Shown here piece by piece: positions 1 to 13,500 of a stretch of DNA of 64,000 nucleotides. The translations under genes were made by a program, and so were the position numbers. The stretch comes from Glaucostegus cemiculus (Eukaryota). Position 1 is the stretch's first letter. Each line of letters starts with the position of its first letter. The stretch is from the NCBI GenBank assembly GCA_976551045.1, contig CDPCPM010000311.1, positions 186,001 through 250,000 on the forward strand. The letters run 5' to 3'. A model generated the notes under the pieces. It ran no database searches and was not told the DNA's origin. It saw only the letters and a program-made list of their open reading frames with translations.

Positions 1-2963
1 GCTGAACTTCTTGTCGTGAATTCTGGCCACCATCAAGACTTCAGTCTTCCTCTGCAGCGCTACCTGTCCCAACCTCCTGCTGCCACTGAATTTCATTTGT
101 GCCTTAGTCAACTCCCAACAACTAAGTCAGTGCTTTCCTTGCATAACTTCCATAACTACAACCCAGTGACTCACTGTGTCCCAGTGCCATTTTTGCCTTA
201 TAACCAAGGAGTCTCAGTAGGCTCCCAAATCACAACCCAGTGAATTCAAAATCATTATCTTCCTCTTCAGTTCCCATGCTGGTATTTATCTTCCCAGATC
301 CTCAATTTATCCCTTAAACTGTACTATTTCTGCCTCCGAAAGACCTACTTGATTGTGCTTTTAGCTTTTCCTAATGCATTGATCATAATTTTGATTTCAA
401 CTCTTTTGAAGCACTTTGGGACATTTTCAGTATGTTACTATATGTTTTTGAGTTATTGATTCAGAATTTCTATAGTTTGGGCAGGAGGGGTGAATAACGT
501 TAATCTATTTGTCTTTCCCTCCTGCTTTTTATATGACTATAGATGATAGCAGCACAGGTTTGAGCTGTGATTCTCCTATTGACTGTGGTAAGGGATTGAT
601 TGCTGTCTCTTGTCTGAGTTTGTGATGAATTAACCCCATTTTCATTCCTCCTGCATGTCTAGCCCTGGGACCAATCTAACAATCAGTTGCAGAAAATGTG
701 CAACAAACTAATTGTTACAGAGTGATTCATAAACTGAGTGAGCCTTCTGTTCTGATGGTAACAATGACCTACAATCAGTATTGTGATCATCCTAATTTTG
801 GGAACTTGCACTCGAGCAAGGTTACAAATTCCCTCTGATTTGGTACTCTACATGTCCCACATGATACCATTGTCACGTGATTGTGCCGAGAAATGAATCA
901 ATGAAGTTTGTAATCTAACTTGCTTTAAACTACCACGTCTTCTCCATTACACCCAATTTCTCTCTTTTGCCCCACCCCCAAAACACACATACATTTAACT
1001 TGGAGTTCACTTGTTCAGGTATTGTTTTATCTTCTTCCTCCCAAGAAACAAAGTTTTCCCTAACAACGTGTTGCCTGTTTCCATCATTAATGCAGCTAAT
1101 TTACTCTTTTTACTGTGATTTTTGTTTTTGCTGTTGACTCGTATATATCTTGCAACTTTTTAGATATTCTTTTGCATCTTGTTGCTTTTGATCACTCCTC
1201 TAGTCCACTGGATTTCCACTTTTTCTAGGATTTGTGTAAACCCATTTGTTTGGTTTGAAATGTTGCTCAAGCACACGTATGAAATCTTTCCCTTTTTAAA
1301 AGGTGTGCATTGGTCTTGTATCATATTCTTCCCACTATTTTGTAACTTTACTCCTGCCTTGCTGTCTGTGGTGTTCAGGGATGTTCCTGAACCTTCGTAG
1401 AGTGGCACACTGGATTATATGGTCCGATAATTACAAAACAATACGTTATACTTTGCGCTTTGAGAAATGCCGTCAGATCCATTAGTTAAGGAGCAGATGA
1501 AAACATTTTGATTTATTTGTAACATGTTCCATATCTGATGTAATTGATCCCAGTCAGTGGAATGATTCTTCAAGGATTCATTCCATGTACAACATTGTCA
1601 GTACAGTTGGAACAGCTAGCATGTTCACCAGCTGTGAAGCCCCATTTTCCCCATTATCTGCATATGGTAGGTCCCATTTTATTCCCTGTCAGTTGATATT
1701 CTCTTTTTTAGTTTGTTCCTGTGTTCAGCAGACTTTGTCATTTCACTGAACCAATAATTAAACAAATATTTTTCACATCATTGTATGCAATGTTGAACTT
1801 CAGGCACAATACTTTATTATCCTAGACTTTTGCAGATAAATAGCAGGTACAACTACAGAAGTCCCAATAAAATCATTTGCAGTAACAACAATGAATCCTG
1901 TCCCTGTCTCAAAGGCCTCAAAAGTTTTTTGTAGTGACCAGTAGAGATTGCACCCAAAATCTCCTGTCTATCAACATCCACAAGACTATATCATCAAAGA
2001 AGAATTTCTCTGGATATAAATTCTTAAGGCTCTTTCTCTGATCTAGAGAAACTCCTCAGGATCTTCCTAACTCTGTTCAATCTGGCTTCGCTTCTGAGCT
2101 TTTCTTCTCCACAGTCTGCTATTATCCAAAGAATGGTTCCTTCCATGGAAGTGTTGATATTCCCTTCCTCCCATCCCATTGCCAGTTTCTCTAATCCCAC
2201 TGCAACAACAAATGAAGAGTAAAGCCTTCTGTCTCTGATTTATGGTCTGACTGTTTGCTTCAGGCTTGGGGTCTGGCGGCTGAGAGTTGTTGAAATTTCT
2301 GTTATCACAACCATGTTGAAAACAAGAATCAGTGATTGACTCATGCAAAATGGTTTTGCACAAAGCCCGAGCAAGAGATGAGGGAGGATATAACAAGGAA
2401 AATCAGATAAAGAACAACTTGTGTCAATGCTCTCAGACCTGAGAAATTCAGTTCATTCAATGCTTATAAAGTGAACTGGGCTACAGTAAATCATAGAAAC
2501 TAAGCACTGACATCATAGGGAATTGGGATAGTATTGGGATCATTCTTCCCTCCCCCCAACTCTCCCCTTATTTAATAAACTCGCTCCTTGTATTTTAGTT
2601 AGTTAGTAACTATATATTGGCTTGTAAACATTATTGAAAAGGAAACACTAGAGAAGATTTTTTTTTCCTATTTTCTCTATATACATATCTATCTTTGAGA
2701 ATGGGCAATGCTGATTTAGCAGGCAGTTCAGGGGTGATATCAAGAGGCAGTTCTCCACTTAAAGTGTAGTGAAAATCTGGAACTCTCTTCCCCAAAAAGC
2801 TGAGGGTGAGCAATTGAAAATTTCAGAATTGCAATTAGCATGATTTTTAAGGGTTATGGAACCAAAAAAAAGAAATAAGCCATGGTCAAACTAAAAGGTG
2901 GACAGTCTGGAGGTAGCAGTGGGGTGATTTGAGCAGAGATTGAAGTAATTTCTTTCTTCCCAG

Positions 2964-3085
2964 GGGATTATGCTGGCTTTCCTGGATGCGGTCTGCTTCG
3001 TTTGCATAGCACCTACAGACACGACCTAAAGATCTACGCCTCTGACGAAGGCAGAGTGCAGATGACCGCAGCGGCTTTTGCCAAA
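2964..3085 (+). CDS. PPIP5K1: PPIP5K1 internal exon A (first in window), phosphatase-like domain
   Basis: ttcttcccag|GG GAT TAT...GCC AAA|gtatgt; encodes [41 protein letters not shown], a hallmark PPIP5K/VIP1 peptide; phase 1 to 0. Confidence 0.97.
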
Positions 3086-3320
3086 GTATGTGAGAAAAAA
3101 GTTTGCATTTCAAATAACCAATTTGTTTTCAATAGAACATAAGTAACAGAGGCAACAAGGTATCTGGTTGATGCTTGGTGCAAGTGAGGAGTGGTTGATG
3201 CCGGTGTTGGATTTACAAAGTGGAGAATGAGTTAAACTTCGTATGGACAACCCCAAAACATTTCTCTATACTGTGATCCCCAGTACATCACTGATCACTT
3301 GTCTGTGTGCAATGTTACAG

Positions 3321-3503
3321 GGACTCCTGGCACTGGAAGGAGAGTTGACTCCAATTCTGGTGCAGATGGTGAAAAGTGCCAACATGAATGGTCTTCTGGA
3401 CAGTAACAGTAACTCACTCAGTAGCTGTCAACACCGCGTCAAAGCACGTCTTCATGAGATCATGCAGAAGGATCAGGTGTTCACAGAGGAGGACTACAAG
3501 AAG
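3321..3503 (+). CDS. PPIP5K1: PPIP5K1 exon B
   Basis: ttacag|GGA CTC...AAG AAG|gtaagt; [61 protein letters not shown]; 183 nt, phase 0-0. Confidence 0.97.
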
Positions 3504-4039
3504 GTAAGTAAACATGGACAATGTGCCTGGATCCACTGGGTTGGGAAAGGGTTGGATGTGATTAGTTGCTCAATAAGTTAATAGCACCTTCCAATTGTAA
3601 AATTTCTGCTTTAGGGACATCAAAGCTGATTGTATTGGCAATGCTTGTTTGCATTGAGATAATGTGAGCATGTTTCCTGTATGTGTTCTACAAAAAACTT
3701 TGAGTAAGGCGTCCACACACTTGGGTTCTTCCACCTACCTCTCCTTTCACGTTCATTCCATTTCCTTGTGCTCCAATGTTCTGTCCAAGGATTTTAGTGA
3801 AATGAAACTCCTCATGTCTGTTCTTCCCAAGCCTTGTGTCATTACATTACTACCTTTTTTGATTTGCTGGGTCTCTTCCTCTCTGCAGCTTCAGTGAGAA
3901 CCTGCATGGCTTCTTCTTGGCCTACTGCTAGAAATGAACTGCAACAGCACTGTTTCTGATGATTGTTGGGAATATTTTTCTCAAGCAGTCCTTTGGGATC
4001 AAAGATGACGTACTTCTGCTCTAGTTTTGTGGCCTCATC

Positions 4040-4430
4040 TGCCACCTCAGAACCCACTGTGGGATCTGCAGACTACCAGAGGGAGAGCAGGAGGTAATTG
4101 ATGGGACAAGTGGGTGCATAGTTTGGGAGGTGGCGCTCTCCTGTAGTTTTCACTGGGCTTTTGCATGCTCCTGACAAAGGGACGAGGTTCTTGGTACCAT
4201 CCCAAATATTCTTCCTCCATTTTAAGCGGTTATGGACTTCCCTTAAGGGTTTTCAAGGTGTGTTTGAGAACATCCTTGAATTGTTTTCTTTGTCTTCCTG
4301 CTAATCTCTTGCTATGATAGAGGCTGGAGTGGAGTGCCCATGTCAGGAGTCTTGTGTTGGGGCCGTAAGCATTGTAGCTGTCCTTCAGACACAGTAGTGT
4401 GGAATCGGATGTTGTTCTGGGAGAAGATAT
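4040..4430 (-). mobile_element. Decayed RTE-clade LINE 3' fragment
   Basis: Minus-strand translation ALHSSLYHSKRLAGRQRKQFKDVLKHTLK resembles the RTE RT C-terminus (LYxEL..GKR..GGQRKRFKD.LK); boundaries approximate. Confidence 0.65.
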
Positions 4431-4494
4431 TGATATTGGTTCACTTGTACTGTCAGTAGATTGAGAGGATAGAATTAGTGGAGATAGATACAAT

Positions 4495-4645
4495 TAGAAT
4501 GTTTAGAAGACATTTGGACAGGTACTTAGGAAAGGTGTAGAGGGATAGGTGCCTATTGTTGGCAAATGGGATTAGCATAGATGGGCATCAGAGTTGGCAT
4601 GACCGAGGTGGGTTGAAAGGGCCCTTTACTGTGCTGCATGATTCC
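4495..4645 (+). mobile_element. CR1 LINE 3' end fragment
   Basis: tttagaagacatttggacagg...ggcaaatgggattag...gaaagggccctttactgtgctgcatgattc; same text recurs at 32250-32405. Confidence 0.7.
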
Positions 4646-4919
4646 AGTGGTTCCTCAGTGCTTGCTATATTTTTTTTAATAAACTAGAATATCTCTTTTG
4701 ATGTTGGCATTGGGTTCTGCTGCCAAGTTAGTTCATATCTCAGAAGTATACAGGAGGCCATAGACTGAGGTTTGAGAACACACTTTTCCTCAGATGTCAA
4801 AGCCTGTTCTGATGCACTGCAAGCAATGGTGAATTTCATCATCAATCTCTGCCTTTGCTCAGAGGTGCTTCCTGAGACAGTTAAAAGATATTCATTGTTT
4901 ATTTTTGGGACCTGAGCTT

Positions 4920-5640
4920 TGCTATTCCCTGTTTGTCCTTGAGGTGGTGGTAGTGAACAACCTTTTGTTTTGAACCATGGCACTTCTGGTGAAGGTACTC
5001 CCACAGTGCCTATTGGGAAGGCAATTCCAGGACTGGATCCAGCAACAATGAAAGACTTAATACATTTCCAAGTCAGTATGGTGTGTGACTTTGAGGGAAA
5101 TGTACAAGGATTTTATAAATGGTACACACTGTAGGCCCTCACCAGCGGTGGAAAGAATGAACATTAGCGATGCCAATCATCTGGCCTGTTTTGTCATGGA
5201 TGGTGTCAAAGTTGGCAGTGCACTTGCCTAAGCACTCCTGATCTGCCTTGTAGATGGTGGAAAGTCCTTGGTGTTAGGAGTGAGGCATTTGCTTCGTGGT
5301 ACCCAGCCTCTGAACTGCTCTTGTAGCCACAGTATTTATGTAGCTGGTGCAACTGCGTTTCTTGTTGACAGTGACCCCCAGGCTGTTGATGATAGAGGTC
5401 TTGGTAACAGTCATGCTACTTAATGTAAAGGATGGGTGTTTAGACTCTTTCTTGTTGGAGGTGGTCATTGCCTGACACTTCTGTGGTATGGATATTATTT
5501 GCCACTTATCTGCCATGCTGGAATGTTATCTAGGTCCTGTCATATGCAGATAAGGACTCATCCATTTGCTGAGCAATTGTGTATGGAATTGAATGTCATG
5601 CAATCATCAGTTGACTTCTCCACTTTTGATTTTGATGGTA
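4920..5640 (-). mobile_element. Decayed non-LTR retrotransposon (CR1/L2 group) RT 3' fragment
   Basis: Collinear similarity to 21680-22380 and, reverse-complemented, to 7200-8080; boundaries approximate. Confidence 0.65.
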
Positions 5641-6210
5641 TGTGGTCCATGCTTTCCAGTGTTTTGTGGACCTTAATTGTTGGCAGGGTGGTGAAATTTT
5701 GTTGCACAAATATTGGAAGACCTTTAAGGATCTTTAGTGTAAAGCCCATTCTTTTGTGCATCAGTGGATGAGTTGATGATGAGCCGGAGCTTGGCCTCCA
5801 TAGGTAGGCATATGCAAGCATTGAGCTGCAGCGTGCAGACAGAGATTGAAAGTAGAAAGACCTTGGTTCTGGAGTGAAGGAGATGTGTGTGGAATAGTTT
5901 TCCATTCTCCTATAGATTAGCCACACTGCACAGGAAGATTGTTGGTGGGAAGGTGCTTGTCATAGAAGGACAGAAGTATTCTTTAGCACTCTGTTCTGTT
6001 GCTAAGGTAGAATAGTGCTGTTTTAAGACTACAATCTATTTGTTATCAGATAAGCAGCTTTAGTCAGCTAGAGTTGTAATATTTGATGAGGGAGCTGTGC
6101 CTTTTTTTTGAAATTGTGACTGTTGGAATCAACCAGCAGTAAATGTGACTTCTGTTCCTTGTCCTGTTTATTAACACTGTTTGCACCTGATCTATTTTCA
6201 TCCTTTGCAG

Positions 6211-6352
6211 CTGGCTCCCACTGGCAGTGCTTCTCTTATTAATTCCATGAAGTTAATTCAAAACCCTGTTACCACTTGTGATCGAGTTTATTCCTTGGTT
6301 CAGAGTCTGACCTCGCAGATTAAGAAGAGGTTAGAAGACCCCAAATCAGCAG
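6211..6352 (+). CDS. PPIP5K1: PPIP5K1 exon C
   Basis: cctttgcag|CTG GCT...TCA GCA G|gtaaat; [47 protein letters not shown]; phase 0 to 1. Confidence 0.96.
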
Positions 6353-7199
6353 GTAAATGTATTTGTTTTCGTTCAAAGAATTATTCAGAAAGAGTGAAAA
6401 TGCAGGAGGAGGATGGATTTTTGCTGAAATATTCTCCTCTTGAAGTATAAAAACAAAATTATGGAGCTAACAGGATGGTCAGGCAGCATCTATGGAGAGA
6501 GAAAGTTAATATTTCAGGCCAGTGACTTTCACTTGAAGGGCTAACTCCGCTTCTCTTTCCAAAGATGCTGCCTGGTCATCTGAGTATTTTACACATTTTT
6601 GTTTTATTTCTAGTTCCCATTATTTGTATTTTTTTTTGCACTGGTTATTATTGAAGCTTGAAAACAGTTGAGTCAGATTTGAGGGAACTGGATTACCATC
6701 AACAGTGATACAGCCAATAAAAGCTTGAGGTGCCCTATTTAGTTAATCTGAGTCATACAGTGTAGAGCACTGTTTCCTTTGGTCACTCAGCAGCACACTC
6801 TTAACTGTTGAAACAATATTAACCATTATTCTACATTGAATAATCATATTCTGTGCTAGTTAAAATAAGTCTCGCCACAGTACAAAGTTACTGATGCTGT
6901 AGTTCAGTACTGTCACAGCTAAAATGTACAAATGCAAACAAACTTGATTGGTCACTCCCCATAGATTAGCTTTCCATCCTACCCCTTCACTCCAACTGCT
7001 CTCCAATTATCTAGTGCAGTAAATCTTGAAGTTGGTTGTCTCCTTCTCTCCCAGAGGACATTTTAAGGGAGACATGTTTGTGAGGTTTAAGCAGTACTGG
7101 TGAACGGAACTTTGAACAACCTCAACATCCGCATTCAGGCAGCTGGAGAGAGAAACAGTATCCAAAGTGGCCTCTGTCTGAGGATGCAGAGCTCGTGTT

Positions 7200-8080
7200 T
7201 TGCATCAGAACTGCTGCTAATGAATCTCAGATAATGAAGCAGTCCATTTTCATGTGCAGCAAGACCTGGTCAGCTTTTGGGCAAGGGCTGATAAGCGTCA
7301 GGTAATGCTTGCACTGCACCAGTGTCCAACAGTCACTGTCTCCAACAAGATGGATCTAAGTAATCTTGATATTCAAAGGCATCACCATCTTCACATCTCC
7401 CACCATCAGTAGCCAAAGGTTGTCACTGAGGAGAAACTTAACTGGAGTAGCCATGCAAGTCTTATGATTACAACTAAAAATATTCTGGAGTACTCAGCAA
7501 GCCAGTTACTATGGAGGGAGAAACAGTTAACGATTCAGGTCTGTGATCTTCCATCAAACTCGGGTCAGAGGGTGAATATCCTGTGGAGTGTAACTCACCC
7601 AGAGCCTTTTCACTATCTATGAGCCACTAGTTAAGTATGTGATAGAATACTCCCCTCTTGCTTGGATGAATGCAGTTACAGTAACACTCCAGAAAGTCGA
7701 TTCCCACCAGAACAAAGCAGCTTGTTCGACTGGCATCCCATCCACCACCTGGAGTGTTCACTACTGGTGCTCTGTGGCTGCAATGTGCATTATCTATAGG
7801 AGGCACTAAAGTAACATGGCAAGGCTGTCCTGACAATATTTCCCAATCCTGAAACTTCCACCAACCGGAAGAACAGGGTCAGCAGGCACATGAGAATGCC
7901 ACCACCTCCAAGTTGCACAGTATTCTGAAGCGGAAATATGTAAACTGTCATTGGCTGAAATCCTGGAACATGCTAACAGCACCGTGGGAGCCCCTTCACC
8001 ACAAGAACACAACTTTTCCCAGGGAAGATGAGTATTGCTTTAGATTACTTTCCCAGTAATACTTGTGTCTCATGTGAGAA
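7200..8080 (+). mobile_element. Decayed non-LTR retrotransposon RT 3' fragment, interrupted at about 7480-7560 by a Penelope-derived half element
   Basis: cagagcctttt...gtgatagaatactcccctcttgcttggatg encodes a degenerate QSLxTIY...VIEYSPLAWM motif typical of LINE RT C-termini. Confidence 0.65.
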
Positions 8081-8443
8081 TTAAAATAGGTGCACAGAGA
8101 ACCAATTTCAGGACATGGGGAGGTTGGGCGAGCCATTATGGTTTTCTTTCTTGAAGATGTTTCTAGCCAGTGTTCCCAAGCAACTTTCTTGAGATATCAG
8201 GTACATTTAAACATAGAACAATACAGCACAGAACAGGCCCTTCGGCCCATCAAGCTGTACAAATATAACAAGTGCACTTTTGTTTATTGCATATAACTGT
8301 TAAAAGAGAAATTGTTGGATATTTGTTTCCACAGCTTTACACTTACTTTGCTGCATGCTGTAACTTTACTACAACTTTTCTGTTTTTTAGCTTGGTGGAA
8401 TATAAAAGAACCTGTTTAACATGATGGATCTTGTAAATTGCAG

Positions 8444-8667
8444 ACCTTCAGCTGTATCACAGTGAGACCCTAGAGCTAATGTTGCAACGCTGGTTAAAAC
8501 TGGAGAAAGATTTCAGGATGAAGAGCGGCCGCTATGACATTAGTAAAATCCCAGATATCTACGATTGCATCAAGTATGATGTGCAGCACAATAGCGCCTT
8601 GAAGCTTGAGGACACCTTGGAACTCTTCAAGCTCTCTAAGGCTCTTGCTGATATCATTATTCCTCAG
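8444..8667 (+). CDS. PPIP5K1: PPIP5K1 exon D
   Basis: aattgcag|AC CTT CAG...CCT CAG|gtaaga; [50 protein letters not shown]...ALADIIIPQ; phase 1 to 0. Confidence 0.97.
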
Positions 8668-9349
8668 GTAAGAATTAATTGGACAAAATAGTGAGTGCTC
8701 AAGTAATGGCAATTCTTCTGGGCTCAATATTGAGCTCAACAATTTCAGATGATCAGTATTTCTGGCAGCTTAATTTCACATTTCTGCCATTCTCTCCATG
8801 TTCCTTCTCTGCATTTGCACCTCTTCCAGGATCTTTTTTTGTTTAGTACTGCTGATTGAAGAATTTGTTTTAAAAGGGTCAGCTTTTTTTGTTGCATCCT
8901 CTGGCGTAAGCTGCAGTTATATTGCACTGTCATTAGATGGCACTGATGCCATCTGCTGATGCCCAGAACCACTGCATTCTGATGTATTCTGCCTCCTGTG
9001 TTTTAATTCCAGGTCCTCAGCTCTGGCCTCTATTTGGCAATCCCAGACAAACCTTGTAATTCAAATGTGTTTCCTTCAAACTAGAACCTTCTATAAATTG
9101 AATTAATGCCAGTGCATGGCTGATTTGAAGGTTACATTTCATACACTTAACGCTGCAGACAGAAAGAGAATAGAGCCTGCTTTGAATGAAGCATATCTGC
9201 ATCCGTGCCTTCTGCTTTTCATTCACCACACAGGAAAGCTCCCTAGCCATTCTTTATTTGAATGACTTAATTCATTTGCTGGAAAAGAAAAGCCTTGAGC
9301 ATTTATGGTAGAGGAGAATGGCTGGACTATGCTGCTAGTGCACAGGTCT

Positions 9350-9790
9350 GGTCTCCATCCTATATATAAAAAAAAGACATAAAAGCACTTGAGGGTGCAG
9401 AATAGATTTACAAGGATGATGTAGCAGCTAGCAAGTTACAGCAAAAGATAGAGCAGGTTGGAGCTTTTTACTTTATAAAAGAGAAGGCATAGAGGTGACC
9501 TCTTTAAAATCGTCATAGGGTTAGACAAGATAGATGTATGGAGACATTTGCTTATGGGAGGATCTAAAACTGAGGCCATAAGTGCAAGAGAATTACTAAT
9601 CTCTTCTCTCAGAGAGGTCTGGGTAGGGGGAGCTGAAATAAAACAATTCAGATGATTTTCTTTAGATGCAGTATCTGCAAGGAAATGAAATAGGTGCTGA
9701 AAGACTCTTGGGGTAGAAGGATATTCGTGTAGGGTACAAACGTGCAGACGAGTTTAGGCCAAATGCCCTGTTGTATCACTGTGTATTTTG
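9350..9790 (+). mobile_element. Decayed CR1 LINE 3' fragment
   Basis: ggtctccatcc...gagggtgcag...gagaaggcatagaggtgacct...ggccaaatgccctg; CR1 ORF2 end plus 3' UTR. Confidence 0.6.
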
Positions 9791-9835
9791 TGCAGTTTAA
9801 AAGGGACTTTAGCAAGCACTGCAACATTTCAGTAG

Positions 9836-10525
9836 GAACATAGAACAGTATAGCAGAGGAACAGGCCCTTCAGCCCATGATGCTGTGCCAGACTAATTAA
9901 ACTAGTAATTAAACACCTAACTAAACTAATCCCTTCTGCCTACACAATGTCCATTACCTGTGGAGGCATTGTAGCATAGTGGTTAGCATAAGGCTTTACA
10001 GTGCCAGGGACCCGGGTTCAAATCCGGTCACTGTCTGTAAGGGGTTTGTACCTTCTTCCCGTGTCTGTGTGGGTTTCCTCCAGGTACTCCGGTTTCCTCC
10101 CACATTCCAAAGACGTACAGGTTAGGAGGTTATGGGCATGCTATATTGGTGCCAGAAGTGTGGTGATACTTGCAGGCTGCCCCCCAAAATCACTACACAA
10201 AAGATGTATTTCACTGTGTTTCGATGTACATGTCACTAATAAAGATCTTATCTTACAATCTCTGCACATTCATGTGCCTATCTAAGAGCCTCTTAAATGC
10301 CTCTATTGTATTTGCCTCCATAACCACCTATGGCAGCACATACCAGGCACCCAGCACCCTTGCCCTGCACATCTCCTTTTGAACTTGCCCTCTCTCACCT
10401 TAAATTCACGTCCTCTAGTATTAGACATTTTGACCCTGGGATATAGATCCCAGCTGTCAACCCCATCTATGCCTCTCATAATCTTAAGCTTCTATCAGGT
10501 CTCCCCTTGGTCTCTGGTGTTCCAG
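9836..10525 (-). mobile_element. CR1 3' end (minus) split by the V-SINE at 9962-10257
   Basis: catagaacagtatagcagaggaacaggcccttcagccc...ccatt [insert] ctctgcacattcatgtgcctatctaagagcctcttaaa...; an uninterrupted version of the first part occurs at 12930-13065. Confidence 0.7.
9962..10257 (+). mobile_element. tRNA-derived V-SINE (HE1-like)
   Basis: A box TAGCATAGTGG 9972-9982, B box GGTTCAAATCC 10015-10025, V-domain gtgggtttcctccaggtactccggtttcctcccacattccaaagacgt, tail aataaagatcttatctta. Confidence 0.85.
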
Positions 10526-13500
10526 GGACATTCAGTGGTGTGAAAGCAAGTGGGAAAGGACTTTTACTTGAATGGCAGAAATTTAAAATAAAAGCACTCA
10601 TAATTTGCATATACATCAGAAATTACATTAACCACTTTGTAGATGGGCCTGTCAAATATTTTACTCATTGAAAGATCCAACATTCTTTAAGATGAATGAC
10701 AAGAAGGAAGGTGTTGATTTGTACTCAGTGGTACAGGCCCCCAATGGACTGTTTCAACCAAAGGCCAGTACCCTCTGACAATGCAGCACATAGCACTGTG
10801 CCAAAATGTTAGCTGAGGTTATGTCCTCAAGTAAAGCTTAATTACGTGGTCCTTTAGACCCCCTACAACAATGTCCATTAGTATTGCACCATCAATATTT
10901 TCTGTCCTTCAATGTGGTAATGCATCCCAAGGTGATTTGCAAGGGCATTAGCAAATAAAATTTGATATTGAAATGTGAAGTGATTATTGGAGTGAATGAC
11001 CAAAATCCTGGTTAGAATGGTAGGTTTTAAAGAACAACTGAAAGGGAGAAAAAGAGTAGAGAGGTAACATGGTCCACGGAGAGAATTCTAGACCTAGGAG
11101 CATTGGATCCATTTCTAGAGCTTTCTGCGACAATTGAATTAAAGTAACACTGAATTAATACTATGGAAGGATTTTTCATGTTGATCCCTGCTGCAGTTTG
11201 CTTTTTATTTACTGTTCTTTCATGATTTGTTCTTTCCATGTCCTTGTGCATTTCTCATGCATAATAATTGAGATAATAGCTATTCACTGAGGCCAGTGCC
11301 ACAGACAGAGAGCTGTGCATATTTGCAGTCAAAACTGTTAGGCTTTATTTACTCCTTTGGTCGAAACATGTTGACTAGTTTGGCATATTTCACTTCTTTA
11401 GATCATAATCTCTCTCGCGGTTAAATGGGTTTGTGAGTCTGCCTCACTGTCTGTATCCTAACATTTACCCAATGGTGACGTTTTTCACTGGACAAAGCTT
11501 TAGTATGCAAGCTATGCAGGCACTGTCTGCACGTACAGTCTGCTCTGCTTGAGCTCCACCCTCTGAATTGCAATGGATATAAATCTCTGACCTTTTTTAT
11601 TCTAAGATGCTTTACTTATTTTTATTCTGCAGTTAACTGAAAAGTTGCACAAGTGTATTTTCAGTGGCACTAAACCCAATATCAATTAGGTGCTCTCTTT
11701 GTCCCACTTCATATATAGTAAAGTGTACTACATTATTTCTTTTGTTGGCTTTGATAGAATGCTCTATCCCTCTTTCTCTTTTCTGTCTGTCTCTTTCCCT
11801 GTCTATGGTGTGCCTCTCTCTTTCCCTGCCTCAACTGAATGTGTATATGTTTTACATACATGTGGAGAGAAGATGTTGTAGTGTCTGTCAACGGTGTCAT
11901 TTTGATAAATAGCCGTGTAATCAGTGAATGGGAATTCAGTTTGCAGAGTCCTGGCTGATGGTAAAGACAGGCTTAACATGGGGCACTGATCTCTTCGCTG
12001 GTTTCCAAATGGGAATTTGGCATTATCCATTGCAAAAATCACATATGCCAGTTTTACTGGGGATACCTTGCGCTAGAGTATTGCAAAATGGGTTTACGTT
12101 TTGAGGTAGTTCTGACAATACAACTTTCTTAACTCTTTGCCTTCCCCCCTCATTAACATATTAATAAATTAATTATTTGAAACAGGAAATGTATTGCTGA
12201 TTTATAGAGAGTAAAGTTCCCAGGAAACTAATTGAGCTTTCAGTATGCCTGCCATTGTTCTGGGAATAAAAGTCTGTTCCTTTCCCACTTGCTCCCACGC
12301 CATTGAATGTTTTTCACTTCAGAAGTTCAGGAGATGACCTTGAGGTCTTTTTATGAATGAATTGTCTAGAAACATGATAAGCTAAAATAGTAAGGCTTTC
12401 CCTTTTGAAAATTAAAACCTTGATGAATTTCCAGTGGCCTTTGCTAGATGAATGCTGGTTGAGAAATCAGGATTAAGGAACGCTGAAAACTAGAAGGGGT
12501 GGGAAGCAGATTTTTTTTTACCTGTACGTGGGATCAGTAAGATGCTTGCAAAACCAGGTGTGTGCTTTTGCATCTTGCTGGATTGCCATGTAACGAAAGA
12601 AAATTTGATGGTCAGCCCAGAAATAAGTTGCTGGATGGTATGCAGCTCTTTCAAAAGTTGTCTTAATACCATCCCTACTGCGTGTTTGGTCCTGCTAACA
12701 TTCTAACCAGCCAAGGGTTGTGCCTGTGAGTTTGTGTGGACAGAATTGAGTGCATTCAATTATAAGCATTTGGTTTGTTCAAAACCTAGCTTTTTCTCAA
12801 CTGTGAACAGAATTATATTTTCTACTAATGTGACAGTTAAATTGCTGCTTTGTCAAAGGTCTTAGCGGTTTCCCTGCATGTGAAATATTTCCCCACTTCC
12901 TGACATCACTTGAACATAGTGATGTCAGCACAAGATAGTATAGCACAGGATAGGCCCTTCAGCCCATGATGTTGTGCCAAATTAAACCAATGACTGCTAA
13001 TTTAATCTAACCCCTTTTCCCTGCATATTGACCATATCCCTCCTTTCTCTGTATATTTATGTTCCTATTTGATGAACAGAACTTGAGCCGTGAGCTCCTC
13101 GTTCCTGCGCCTTGTTACTCATGCCTACCAACACAGCCTATCCCAAAACCTTTGCCTAATCACCAAATTCATCTCCTGGTTTGCTGCAGCCCACTTTCCT
13201 ACTCCTTCCCATCTTTTGCTGCACAACTTGGTGGCTCCTCATCTCCCATGAGCCCCTTCAGGTATGGCATGATGCTGTCACAGGTACGGGTACACCCTGC
13301 AGGAGTACCCAGCAACAGAAGTGGCATTAGGAGTGTTTTGTGAGGTAGGAAGAAGTTGATGGGGATAAGATGCTTTCTAGAATCAGCTCAGGTTTGTACA
13401 ACTGTCTTCCAAAGTAGCAGCTTTCTGCCCCCCCATCTCTCTCTGATCCTAGAGAACTCCTTAAAACCCACCCCTTTGATTGAGCTGTTCACCTGTCTTA

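Noticed and set aside
1-2963. ORFs and possible exons before exon A
   Set aside because: No peptide resembling the expected preceding PPIP5K exon (…KWGGELT…CMYPGGQ); treated as intron.
9962-10035. tRNA-like A and B boxes
   Set aside because: They continue directly into a SINE body with no complete cloverleaf, so these are SINE heads rather than tRNA genes (same for 55050-55121 and 57585-57650).
11760-11870. Long CT-rich, AG-free tract in intron D-E
   Set aside because: Not followed by a convincing YAG acceptor plus donor; likely low-complexity sequence.
12900-12928. 11-bp-arm hairpin CTGACATCACT/AGTGATGTCAG
   Set aside because: Short and sits at a CR1 tail junction; no further support.
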